Shown here in pieces: positions 12,129 to 24,790 of a stretch of DNA of 64,000 bases. The notes beneath the pieces are model-generated. The model was not told the origin of the DNA and made no database searches. It was given only the letters and a program-made list of their open reading frames with translations. Source of the DNA: the human T2T-CHM13v2.0 reference genome, Homo sapiens; the NCBI RefSeq assembly GCF_009914755.1, contig NC_060931.1. One strand, given 5' to 3'. The number at the start of each line of letters is the position of its first letter. Position 1 is the stretch's first letter. Both the position numbers and the translations under genes were made by a program.

Positions 12129-14944
12129 AGGAGTACTGTGGAAGTCATACTTGTTCCATTCACCCTTCCAATTCTCCAAAATAATTATCTGCAGAATAAA
12201 GCAGTAGCCTTTAACTTCTGAAATTACAGTTCTGCAAAATGTTAAGATATGGAGATAAATTTCATAGCTAATGGGACACATAATTGTAACCTAAGATAAA
12301 AATTGTATTCTTTTTAGTGGCATAATTTTTCTGATTTGTGCCTGCCTTATCCACCTATATTCTACTCACACATGAAGATACATAATTTTTACAATATTAC
12401 CCTTTTATTATTATTTAAACAGAAAATGCATTGCACCAGAATTTCCTTCTAGCAGAATGTGCATTCACTCTGTGAGGACATTCTCAGTGTTCTTTGGGGG
12501 AAATAGATACTCTAGGGAACTGGAGTGGAAGAGATTAAGTAGGACTCCATTTACTGTTTCATTTGGTTTATCTTTTACCGCTTTTCCAGTTTACCAGAGT
12601 TGTAGATATAGAGCTGCAGGTTTTTCTAAAGGAGATCAAATTTGACATAGTGATATATTGAGAAATAAAAACAAGATAAGGAAACAGTATTTCCTTATCC
12701 CAGTTCCTCCAGAAGTATTTAGTTGTAAAGTCTTTATTGAGAAGCCATTACATGTCCAGCACTTTGCTAAGAGATGACATTGAGCTCAAAGCTTCACTAA
12801 AAATGGAATTTGAATTGTGTATTTTTTCTCCATCTTTCAATGACTTGTACACCACAAGTGTGCTCCAATCTACTTATACTGTCTCATTTCTCACCAGCTT
12901 AAAATGTCTACTCTTTTAAACTGTTTCCAGTTTCTCCAGGCAGTTTTTATTGTTCTAACCTGTCTTAAAGTAGCCTGTTATTTATCTCTTGGTAGTAATA
13001 CCCAATTTATTTTATTATAAATCATGTATTTATATGTCAGACTGTCTTCCTAAATGGCCAGCTTTCCAAGGTTAGGAAGCTGTATTTTATTCAGTCTTTT
13101 TCCCTGCCAGGTTCCAACATAATGTGTCCTAGGTGTACCTAGCATAGCCTATGTACTTAATGAAGATTAGTGTAGGATTGTGATAGAAAAAAAGTCCCCT
13201 GTTAATTATCAGTTTTTCATAAACACACATTTAATCACAAAATACAACATTCTATTGAAAAATGGAAGAAAGTGTTGATATAAGAGGTACTTTCAGATTG
13301 AAATTTTTATCATCTTTGAAACTGTCCTTTAAAAAAATATAGTTAGGAGTGATAATCTCTACACTATTTGAAGATTACTGAGTCTGACAAAAAAAAAACC
13401 AGAACTCCAAGGGTTCCATAATTCTTCTCACTAATAGTATACCTGCCTTTAAGTCAAAAATAGAAGATGTGTTTGGAAAAAGAAGGAAAGGAGAAATACA
13501 GGAGTACATATAGCGTTATGAGTGACAGACTTGCAGATTGAATTTCTACAAACTTCTTTGTTAACAAGGCCTTAGTATGGGATTCTGCCCTCTGATACTA
13601 TTCTTATTTCATGATTTCTAAGAGGTAAATATCCATATTTTCCAAAGACAGTGAATGACACATAGATATCCTGCAGTAAGAGATTGCTAATGCAAGTTAT
13701 TGACTGAATATTGAAGTAACTATTGGTATTTTAATGTTCTTCTCTTTAAGAAAATTCTGCCACTCTCTACTCCCACTCAAGGGTTTTTTTTTTTTGCATG
13801 ATGCCAAGTTTTACATATTCATTAAAATAATGTGCAATCTTTTTTTTTACATATTGTAATCCATTATGTACCTTAAGTGATATAAAGCTATTGTCTCTGG
13901 GGAGAAAACTTGTATCCCTGTGAATAAGTTTAGTTTATTATAGAAAACACAAAGCTGCTTACTTCAGAGCTTGTAAGATATAGAATAATAGGTACCAAAA
14001 GCCACAAGAAGAATGTTCAGGGAAAACAGGCCAATCCTGGTATGTTTTCTGTAAATCTCTCTCTCTCTTTTTAAATCTGAAGTGTGATGTGTTTTGATCA
14101 AAGATGAACATGTATCAATAAAACCTGGAAACATACTTAACTGTGCTTTTTAATTTTCTAGCTAGCAATGTTCTCTTCTAGAACACTTCGAAGTATAATC
14201 TTTTTTTTTTAAGGCTGTTGACTCAAAGTTACAAGACATAGATATGCCATTAGCAAGAGATTGAAAAGTGAATTATTTTTGTACACACTTTTATGCTACA
14301 GTGACCTATGCTTTTGATCTTGGGAGAAAAGGTGTATTTTATTGAGTATTTATGAGACCATGATAAAGCTCAGTGTTAAACTTAATAGTCAGTGGTTTCT
14401 TTTTGTGTCTAGCATTTTGCTTATTAGAGGAAAAGAAACAGGAATATAATGTGTATAGCTGTTTATGTATTAAATGATCTTGTTGAACAAGAATTCGTAA
14501 GATGCCATCATCCCATTGACACAACTTTTTTTAAATTCCTTATGGCTCTTTTTCCTGTTCTTATGAGAAAATAGTGAGATGTTCATTACTTTTCTGGACT
14601 ACCATAGAAAGTACAAAGCCCTGAGTTTATTTGAAGTCTCACACTTAGTACAATTCTGAAGTTTCAGTGTCTAATTTCTGACAATAATCCAAAGTCATAT
14701 GATAAAGGTTGCATAGTCATTCCTCCTATAGGGGATATATAGGGATTCCCGAAGTGGCAGAAGTCACCTTCTCCCTGACTGCCAACTGCAGATAGTGAAG
14801 AAAAGTGTTCAAGACAGTTTCTTAGTGAAACTCTCTGGGCCTCATGAAAATATGAAAAATAGTAAACACAAATATGTAAATACATATATATGAAAATATA
14901 TCAGATATAAATATAAAATCTTTAGAGATATTTAAAATACTCAA

Positions 14945-15165
14945 GTTGGACAACATGTTGACTACAGTTGACAATATATTGTATTATTGAAAGATGTTAA
15001 GAAAGTGGATGTAAAGCATTCTTACAACATAAATGATAATTATGTGAGGTAAAGCATGTATCAGTTAGATTTAGTCATTCCACTAATGTACATATACTTT
15101 AAAACATCATGTGGTACATGATAAATATATATAATTTTATCTGGCCCTTAGAAAAATAATTTTAA
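14945..15165 (+). mobile_element. L1MA-type 3'-end fragment
   Basis: caacatgttgactacagttgacaat...atgtgaggtaaagcatg...tttagtcattccac...aaaacatcatgtggtac. Confidence 0.78.
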
Positions 15166-18100
15166 AAAATCAATATTGATAGTTTATCTCATGTTATAGT
15201 CTGTTTGAAATCTGAAGTTAAATCATATTTACTATGAACAAAAGGTTTAAAAATTAAAATTCAAGCTGATTCTTTAAATTTTAAAATTATTTTTAATTTT
15301 TATGGGTATGTAGTAGGTGTACATATTTATAGGGTACATGAGATATTTTCATACAGGCATACAGTATGTAATAATCACAGGAGGGTAAATTGGGTATCCA
15401 TCACCTCAAATATTTACCATTTCTTTGTTATAAACATTCCACTTATACTTTATTACAAAATGTATAATAAATTATTGTTGACGGCAGTCACCCTGTTGTG
15501 TAAGCAAGTACTGGATCTTTTTCTTTCTTTCTAACAATATTTCTGTACCCATTAACCATTTCCACCCCCTGACTTTTCCCAGCTTCTTGTAACCATCACT
15601 CTACTCTCTACCTCCAGCAGTTCTATTGTTTTAATTTTTAGCTCCCCAAAATAAGTGAGAATATGTGAAATTTGTCTTTCCATGCCTGGCTTATTTCACT
15701 TAAAATAATGTCTTCCAGTTCTATCCATTTCGTTGCAGATGACAGAATGGCATTTTTTTATAGCTGAATAGTACTCCATTGGGCATATGTACCACATTTT
15801 TCTTATCCATTCAGTCTGTGGATGGACACTTAGATTGCCTGTAAACTTTGGCTGTTGTGAATAGTGCTGCAATAAACATGGGAGGGCAGATGTCTCTTCA
15901 ATATACTGATTTCCTGTCTTTTGGGTATATTCCTAGCTGTGGGATTGCTAGACCATATGACCATTCTATTTTTAGTTTTTTGAGGAACCTTCATTCCATT
16001 CTTCATAGTGATGTTACTAAGTTACATTTTCACCAACAGTGTACTAGGGTTCCCTTTTTCGCACATCCTCACCAATATTTGATATTGCTTGTCTTTTAGG
16101 AAAAAAAAAGTGATTTTAACAAGGATGAGAAAGTATCTCATTGTTGTTTTGATTTGCATATCTCTCATGATCCTTGACACTGAGATATACCTGTTTGCCA
16201 TTTGTATGTCTGCTTTTGAGAAATCTGTATTCAGATCATTGCCCATTCTTAATCAGATTATGAAATTTTTTCTCATTGAGTTGTTTGAACTCCTTATATA
16301 TTCTGGTTATTAAGCCTTTGTTGGATGGGTAGTTTGCAAGTTATTCTCCCAATCTGTGGGTTGTCTCTTCATTTTGTTGATTGTTTCCTTTGCTCTGCAG
16401 AAGCTTTTTAATTTGATGTGATTGCACTTGTCCATTTTTGCTTTGGTTGCATACAAAGTTGAGTAATACCCCCAAAGTGCATGCAACCAAATCCAATGTC
16501 CTGCAGAATTTTGCCCAATGTTTCCTTTTAGTAGTTTAATAGTTTGGGATCTCAGATTTAGGTTTTTAACCCATTTTGATTTGATTTTTGTATATGGTGA
16601 GAGATAGGGGTTCATTCTTCTGCATATGCATATCCAGTTTTCCCAGTGCCATTTATTGAAGAAACTGTCCTTTCTCCAGTGTATGTTCTTGGTACCTTTG
16701 TTGAAAATGAGTTCACTGTGGATGTATAGGTTTATTTTTGGGTTCTCTATTCTGTTCCATTGGTCTGTAGCATAATTTGAAGTCAAGTATTAGTTCTGTA
16801 GTATATTTTGAAGTCAGGTAATGTAATTCTTCCGTTTTTGTTCTTATTGCTCAGAATGGCTTTGGATATTCTGTTTTTTATGGTCCTATAACAATTTTAG
16901 GATTATTTTTTCTATTTCTGTGAAGAATGTCCATTGGTATTTTGATAGGGATTGAATTGAATTTGTAGATTTCTTTGGTTAGTATTGATATTTTTAACAA
17001 TATTGTTTCTTCCCATTTATAAAGATGGAATATTTTTCCATTTTTTGTGTCCTCTTCAATTTCTTGCATCAATGTTTTAAATTTTCAATGTAGAGATTTT
17101 TTTGGTTAATTCCCAGATACTTGATTTTATTTGTACTTATTGTCAATGAGATTATTTTTACATTTCTTTTTCAGACTGTTCGTCGCTGGCATATGGAAAT
17201 GCTACTGGTTTTTGTATGTTGATTTTGTATCCTGCAACTCTACTGAATTTATTAGTTTTAATTTTTTTGGTGAACTCTTTCAGTTTTTCCAAATATATGA
17301 TTATGTCATCTGCAAACAGGCATACATAATTTGAATTCTTCCTTTCCAGTATGGATGCTCTTGATTTCTTTCTCTTGTCTGATTGCTCTAGCTAGGGCTT
17401 CCAGTACTATATTAAATAACAGGGATAAAAATGGGCATCTGTTTCAGGTTTCATATATTAGAGGAAAAGCTTTCAGGTTTTTCCCATTCACTATGATACT
17501 ACCAGTGGGTCTGTGGTACATGGCTTTCTTTGTGTGTGGTATGGTCTTTCTATATGCAGGCTTTGATGGTTTTTATCATGAAGAGATGTTAAAGTTTATC
17601 AAATGGTTTTTCAGCATCAATTGAAATGATCATATGGTTTTTGTACTTCATTCTGTTGATACGATGTATCACATTGATTGATTTGTGTATGTTGAACCAT
17701 TCTTACATTACTGCGATAGATCTCACTTGGTCCTGATGAAGGACCTTTTTAATGTGTTATTGAATTTGGTTTGCTAGTATTTTGTAGAGGATTTTTGCAT
17801 CACTGTTGATCAGGGATATTGGCCCATAAATTCTTTTTTTTTGATGAGTCTCTGTCTCTGCCTCGTTTTGGTATCAGGGTAATACTGGCCTTGTAGAATG
17901 AGTTTGGAAGTATTCCTTCATCCTCTATTTTTTTTTTGAATAGTTTGGGTAGCATTGGTATTAGTTCTTTTTTAAATGTTTGATAAAATTTTACAATGAA
18001 GCCATCAGATCCTGAGTTTTTCTTTGATGGTAGACTTTTTAGTATAGCCTCTATTTTACTACTTGTTATTGGTCTGCTCAAGTTTTGAATTTCTTCATGG

Positions 18101-19409
18101 TTCATTCTTAGTAGGTTGTAATGTCAAGGAATTTATCCATTTCTTCTAGCTTACTCAATTTATTAGCATAGAGTAGCTCATGGTAGTCTCTAATGAGCCT
18201 TTGAATTTTTGCAATATCCATAGTAATGTCTCTATTTTATCTCTGATTTTCTTCGTTTGGGTCTCCTCTCCTTTTTATTAGTCTTGCTGGAGTTTTGGCA
18301 ATTGTGTTTTTCTTTTCAATAAACTAACTTTTTATTCTGTTGTTTTCTTTTTTCATTTCAATTTCATTTATTTCTGATTTGATCTTTATTTTCTTTTCCT
18401 TCTACTAACTTTGGATTTGGTTTGCTCCTGGTCTTCTAGTTCTTTAAGATGCATCATTAGGTTGTGTATTTAAAGTTTTTTCTTTTTTTTAATGTTTGCC
18501 CTTATTACTGCAAACTTTCCTCCTAATGCTGCTTTCTCTGTACTCCATAGATTTTGTGTGTTGTGTTTTGATTTTCGTTTGTTTCAAGACATTTTAAAAC
18601 TTTCTTTTTAATTTCTTCGTTGACTCAGTTGTCATTCAGGAACATATTGTTTAATTTTCATGTGTTTGTGTAATTTTCAAAGTTTCTCTTGTCATTGATT
18701 TCTAGTTTTATTCCATTGTGGCCAGAGAAGACACTTGATATAATCTTAATATTTTTAAATGTTAAAGCCTTTTTTTGTTGCTTAAAGTATGGCATATCTT
18801 TGAGAATGATTCTTGTGCTGAAGAGACTAATGTGGATTCTGTAGCCATTGAGTTAAGTGTTCTGTAAATTAGGTCTATTTTTATATAGTGAACATTAAGT
18901 CTGAGTTTTCTTTGTTGATTTTCTGCCTGGAAAATCTATCCAATGCTGAAAGTGAGGTGTTGGTCTTCGTCTATTATTGTACTGGGGTTTACCTCTCTCT
19001 TTAGCGCTAATAATATTTGCTTTGTATATCTGAGTGCTCCAGTTTTGGGTGAATATACATTTGCAATTGTTATATCCCCTTGCTGAATTGACACCTTTGT
19101 TATTTCTTTATCTCTTCTTACAGTTTTTGTCTTGAAATCTATTTTTTTCTAATATGTCTACTACTGCTCTCTTTTTGGTTTCCATTGCCATGTAATATCT
19201 TTTTCCCTCCCTTTATTTTCAGTCTATGTGTGTCTTTCTAGGTGAAGTGTGTTTCTTCTAGGCAACAGACCATTTGCTCTTGTTTTTTTTTAATTTAGTC
19301 ATCCACTCTGTGTCATTTAATTGGAAAACTTAGTCTATTTATATTCAATATTAAGTAAAGACTTACTACTGCCATTTTGTTGTCTGTTTTCTGGTTGTTT
19401 TGTGATTCA

Positions 19410-19506
19410 TTCTCTCCCTTCCTCCCTCTCTCCCTCCCTGCCTCCCTCCCTCCCTCCCTCCCTCCTTCCTTCCTTCTTTCCTTCTTTCCTTCCTTTCTTC
19501 CTTCCC
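19410..19506. repeat. (CCCT)n/(CCTT)n simple repeat inside the L1
   Basis: ccctccctgcctccctccctccctccctccctccttccttccttcttt. Confidence 0.92.
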
Positions 19507-20709
19507 ATCTTTCTTTTTGTGAAGGTTATTTTCTATGGTGGTATTTTTAATTTCTTGATATATATGTTTGTGTATCCATTGTGGGTTTTAAATTTGAAGT
19601 TACCATGAGACTTGCAAGTAACATCTTATGTTCCATTATTTTATACTATTGACAACACTGATTGCAAAAACAAACAAAAGACCAAACATGCAAGAGAAAG
19701 CTAGTAAAACTTTACACTTTAATTTCATCCTCTGCTTTTAAACATTTATTGGTTCTATTTATATTATGTGTATGTCTTGAAAAGTTATTGTAGTTATTAT
19801 TTTTGATCAGTTCATTTTTTAGTCTTTCTACTCAATATATGAGTAATTTATACACCACAAATACAGTGTTGTACAAAACACCCATGTTTTTCTTTGTATT
19901 TAATATCATCAGTAAGTTTTGTAACTTCAGATGATTTCTTTTTGCTCAGTAAGTCCCTTTTCCTTCTGATTGAAGTACTCTCTTTAGCATTTCTTGTAGG
20001 ACATGTCTGTGATGATGAAATCCCTCAGCTCTTGTTTTTCTGGGAAAGTCTTTATTTCTCTTTCATGTTTGAAGGACAATTCACTGGATATACTATAGAT
20101 AAAGGTTTTTTTCCCCTTTGGCACTTTAAACATGTTATGCTACTCTCTCCTGGCCTGTAAGACTTCCACAGAAAAGCCTGCTGACAGATGTATTGGAGCT
20201 CCTTTTTATGTTATTTGCTTTTTCCTTTCTTTCTTTTTTCTTTTTCTTTCTTTTTTTTTTGCTGTTTTTAGAATTCTTTCTTTATTCTTGAACTTTGAGA
20301 GTTTGATTATTAAGTATCTTGAGATAGTCTTCTTTAGTTGTATCTGCTTCGTGTTCTATAACCTTCTTGTACTTTTGAATATTGATATGTTTCTCTATGT
20401 TTGGAAAGTTCTCTGTTAATATCCTTTTGAATGAAAGCTTTCTATCCCAAACTCTCTCTCTACATCCTCTTTAAGGCCAATAACTCTTAAATTTGCCCTT
20501 TTGAGGGTATTTTATAGATTTTGTAGGTGTGCTTCATTCTTTTCTTTTTTTTTTCTTCTTTTTCCTCTTACTCTGTATTTTAAATACCCTGTCTTTCAGC
20601 TCACTAATTTTTTCGTCTGCTTGATCACTTGTGTTGTTGAGAAACTCCTATGCATTCTTTAGTATATAAGTTGGATTTTTCAGCTGCAGAATTTCTGCTT
20701 GATTCTTTT

Positions 20710-20779
20710 TTTTTTATTATTATACTTTAAGTTTTAGGGCACATGTGCACAATGTGCAGGTTAGTTACATGTGTATACA
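20710..20779 (-). mobile_element. Ultra-short young L1PA insertion (about 70 bp) nested in the old L1
   Basis: ttattattatactttaagttttagggcacatgtgcacaatgtgcaggttagttacatgtgtataca flanked by TSD tgcttgattctttt (20696-20709 and 20780-20793). Confidence 0.93.
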
Positions 20780-23008
20780 TGCTTGATTCTTTTAGGTTAT
20801 TTTAATCTCTTTATTACAATTATCTGGTAGCATTTGAATTCCTTCTCTGCATTATGTTGAATTTTGTTGAGCTTCTTCAGAAAAGCTATTTTGAATTCTC
20901 TGTCTGAAAGGTCACATATCTCTGTCAGTCATGGTTTGGTCACTGGTGCCTTATTTAGTTTGATTTTTGAGTTCATGTGTTCCTGGATGGTCTTGATACT
21001 TGTGGATTGTTGGTGTTTGGGCATTGAGGAGTTAGATATTCATCGTAGTCTTCACAGTCTTGGCTGGTTTGTATCTGTCCTTCTTAGGAAGGTTTTCCAA
21101 ATACTCAAAGGGAATTAATTGTTGTGATCTAAGTCTTTGTTCACTGCAGCCATATCTGCAATAGGAGGCACTCCAAGACCAGTCATGTTGTGACTCTTGC
21201 AGACTCTTAGAGTTAACCATCTTTGTTTTCTTGGATAAGATCAGGAAGAATTCTCTGGATTTCCAGGCAGAGACTTTTGTTTCTTTCCCTTACTTTCCTT
21301 CAAACAGAGTCTCTCTCTTCATGCTGAACTCCATGAAGCTGGGGAGGGGGTGACACAAGCATCGCCATGGCCATCACCATTGGGACTGTGCTAGGTCATA
21401 CCTGAAGACAGTTCAGCACTGGGTTTCACCTAAAGCCCACAGTGACCACTGCCTTGCTACTGCTGATGTTCATTCAAGGCCCAAGTGCTGTACAATTTAC
21501 AGCTGCTTATTCCAGCCATCCTATTGTCTTTCCCTTCAGACCAGTGAGCTTCTCCCAAGCCCAAGCAGGTCTGTAAATGCCATCTGGAATCCAAGGCCTG
21601 GAATGTGGAAACTTAGGAATCTACTTGGCGCTCTGTTCTGCAACTGAGCTGACACCCAAACTCTAAGACAAAGTCCTTGTCACTCTTCCCTCTTCTTTCC
21701 TCAAATAGGAGTCTCTTCTCATAGCCACCACAGTAGGAATGTGCTGTGTCACACCTGAAGCCAGCATGGTGCTGGGTCTTACCCAAGGTTCACAGCGCAT
21801 ACTGCCTGCCTACCACTGACGTTTATTCAAGGCCCAGGGGCTCTTGGTCAGAAGATGATAAATCCTGCCAGGAGTGAGTACTTCCCTTCAAGGCAGTGTG
21901 CTCCATTCTGGCCCATGGTGTGTCCAGAAATGTCTGGGAGCTAGGCTCCAAAATGGGGGCTTAGGACTCTACCTGATGCTCTATTCTACTGTGGTTGAGC
22001 TATTATCTAAGTTCCAAGACAAAGTCTTCTTGCTCTCCCCTCTCCTCTCCTCAGGTGGAAGGAAGGAATCTCTCTCCGAGCTGTGAGCTACACTGCCTGG
22101 GGTTGAGGAAAGAGTAACACAGCACTCCCTTGACTGCCTAGCTGGTCTCTCACTGGGTTGCATGTACTCCAAGTCCACTGGCTCTGAATCCAGCATAGCA
22201 CCAGGACTGCAGTCCTAGTGGCCTAGACTACCTTCAGGTTTATTTAGAATGCCAGAGAACTTTAGCCCACAGTGGTGGGACTAGCCAAAATTTAGATTCT
22301 GACTGCTAGGGTGGATGATTCCCCTCTGGCTAGGCTGGTCTAAATGCTTCCTCCATGGACGCCACCTGAATTCTGCCCTCTATTGCTTTCCTTGTGATAG
22401 GGTTGCACTGAACTCTAATGCAAAGTCCCAAGATCACTGTGCTCTCCTCCCGCAAGCATATACAGATTATCTCTCTGGGCCAAGAGGCTCCTGCTGGGGG
22501 ATCAGGGAGTGGTGGTGTAGATAATGCAAGACTGTCTTTCATACCCTCTTTAGTGCCTCTTTCCTTGATATGATGTTAAAACTAGGTACTCTGCTCACCT
22601 CATTTTTGATTCTTATAAAGGAGCTTTCTTATGTGGATAGTTATTCAGTTTGTTTTTTATTCTCGGGAGGATGATCACTGGAGGGTTCTATTTGACTGTC
22701 TTGCTCTGCCTTCTTTCAAGCTGATTCTTTCTCTCATGTCTGCTATCTGTGACTTGGGGGCTCCTTTGTGAGGCCTCTAGCTGCAACTCCCATACCAGGC
22801 TGGGTGTTTTCCCTGGCTGCCCATCCATACCAGCCAGCGGTCTTCTATACTCTATTGAATGCAGGCTCTGGCTGTAAAGTCGCCTAGCATCTTTAATGAT
22901 ATTCTCTTGGTCAACACTTTAATAGTCTGAGGTTGAGTTTCTTTCTTATAGAGTTCATCTTTGGACCACAAGAGACCCACAGGCATCCTTAGTTATAATA
23001 TCTTTCAC

Positions 23009-23403
23009 TGTATTTGTTTTCTCAGGCTGCCATAACAAACTACCATAAACTGAATGGCTTAACTAACAGAAATTTATTTTCTCAATGCTTCTTGAAACTA
23101 GAAATCCATGATTAGGGCATTGGAAGTTTTACTTTTAATGGGGCCTCTCTCTTTGGCATGCAGATGGCTGCCTTCTTACTGTGCCCTCACATAGTTGTCC
23201 CCAGGTCTGTATTGACTGTGTCCTAATCTTTCCTTTTTATAAGGACACCAGTCAGATTAGATTAGAGCCCACCCATGAGACCTTATTTTACCTTAGTTAC
23301 ACCCCTCTAAAGGCTCTATGTTCAAATACAATTCTTATTCTGAGGTACTGAGGATTAAGACTTCAATTTATGAATTTAGGGGAACAGTATTCAACCTATA
23401 TCA
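23009..23403 (-). mobile_element. MLT1A/B-like MaLR solo LTR
   Basis: tgtatttgttttctcaggctgccataacaaactaccataaactgaatggctt...aaggacaccagtcagattagattagagccc...ggggaacagtattcaacctatatca. Confidence 0.85.
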
Positions 23404-23770
23404 CCCACATTATGACAGAATGTATTCCCAGAAACAGCACAACCCACCTTGGCTCCTCTGCCAGAGTGACTCACCTTCATCACTCTTACTACCTAGATGT
23501 CATGGGAAGGAATCTGACTCCAGATCACCAAGTCCTCCAAACTCCCAAGAGAGACAGCTGAAATGCTTCCAGTGATACCCATAAAGTCCTTCTTACTAAG
23601 CTTTAGGTGGAAGAAATAATGTTCTGTCTTGCTATGGGAGAGGAAATGGGACTAGCAGTTCTCATTCCAAAAATCCTCCTTATAAAATTCTCTCACCCCA
23701 CTCTCATATTCTAAGCCTGTGATTTTCAACCTTAGGGATGCCATTGGGATTGAGCACCAATGCTCAGACC

Positions 23771-23932
23771 CTCAGAAGTACAACTGTGGTCTGGATCAAA
23801 AGCCTTACATTCCTGGAAGCTTGCTAGCAATGAAGACTCTCAGGTCCAGCATGAGACCTATTGAATCAGGTTCTACATTTAACAAGATCCTCAAGTGATA
23901 TGTGTGCCCATTAAAATTTGAGAAGTTTGCTG
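23771..23932. mobile_element. MER5-family hAT MITE
   Basis: cctggaagcttgctagcaatgaagactctcagg...tttaacaagatcctcaagtgat...aaatttgagaagtttgctg. Confidence 0.7.
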
Positions 23933-23940
23933 TTATAGAC

Positions 23941-24131
23941 TAGTGGTTCCTAAATTTTAGTGGACATCATAATCATCTGGACAGCTTTTTAAAACACAGA
24001 ATGTTAGGCCCTATCTTCAGAGTTTTCAATTCAGTACATCTAGGATGGACCCTGATAATTTGCACTTCTAGTCAAATTTCATGGTGATGCTGATGCTACT
24101 AGTTTGGGAATCACTCTTTGAAACCACCATG
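23941..24131. mobile_element. MER5-family hAT MITE
   Basis: tagtggttcctaaatttt...aatcatctggacagctttttaaaacacaga...ggtgatgctgatgct...ctttgaaaccacc. Confidence 0.78.
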
Positions 24132-24139
24132 TGTAGATA

Positions 24140-24438
24140 CTACACTGTCCAATACTGCAGCCACTATGCACATGTTATAGTTATTTGAAATGTGCTTTGC
24201 ATTGAGATGTGCTATAAGTAAAAAATATGCATCAGATTTCAAAAAGACAGTATGACAAGGCAGCATATCACATTTATGATTTTTTATTGATTATATGCTG
24301 AAAGGCTAGTATCTCAATATTGTTGAGTTAAATAAAACATATTAAAATTAGTTTTACTTTTTAATTTTTATAATCTGAATACTAGAAAATATAAAATTAT
24401 ATATATGGTTCACATTATATTTCTGTTGATTGGCACTG
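24140..24438. mobile_element. MER33/MER3-like hAT MITE
   Basis: cactgtccaatactgcagccactatgcacatg...ttgagatgtgctataagtaaaa...cacattatatttctgttgattggcactg. Confidence 0.78.
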
Positions 24439-24619
24439 TTCATCTTGATCTCCATTTGGCTCAGGGGTCCCTGAAGTGTGTCTAAAGCTGATTCTTGATC
24501 ATTTACCTTGAAAATTTATTATTTGCTCTTGTATCTTACTTTAATATGCTATATCTGACAAATCTTGGCACCTCAGTGAAAATTCCAGTTTTAACATTCC
24601 AGGTTACATGTATAATATT

Positions 24620-24790
24620 TTGGATAATCTTCATCAAATCCATAAATAAGACATTATTATCTGCATTTCTCCAAATGAGAAACCTAAATGAAAATAACTT
24701 ACCTAACTTTCTCTAACTAGCAAGTAAGATGCAAATATAGATTTGTCTGCCTTCCAAGTCCATGCTTTTCCAGTTAACCATGCAGCCTTC
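24620..24790 (-). mobile_element. MIR relic
   Basis: attattatctgcatttctccaaatgagaaacct...tctgccttccaagtccatgcttttcc (MIR core). Confidence 0.6.

Larger units (their letters stand above)
15276..22714 (-). mobile_element. Near full-length old LINE-1 (L1MA2/3-like), about 7.4 kb
   Basis: 3' UTR at 15276, ORF2 remnants (ORF track 16310-16786 and 17800-18105), ORF1 region, and a GC-richer 5' UTR at about 21100-22714. Exact TSD ttcaagctgattcttt at 15260-15275 and 22715-22730. Confidence 0.95.
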
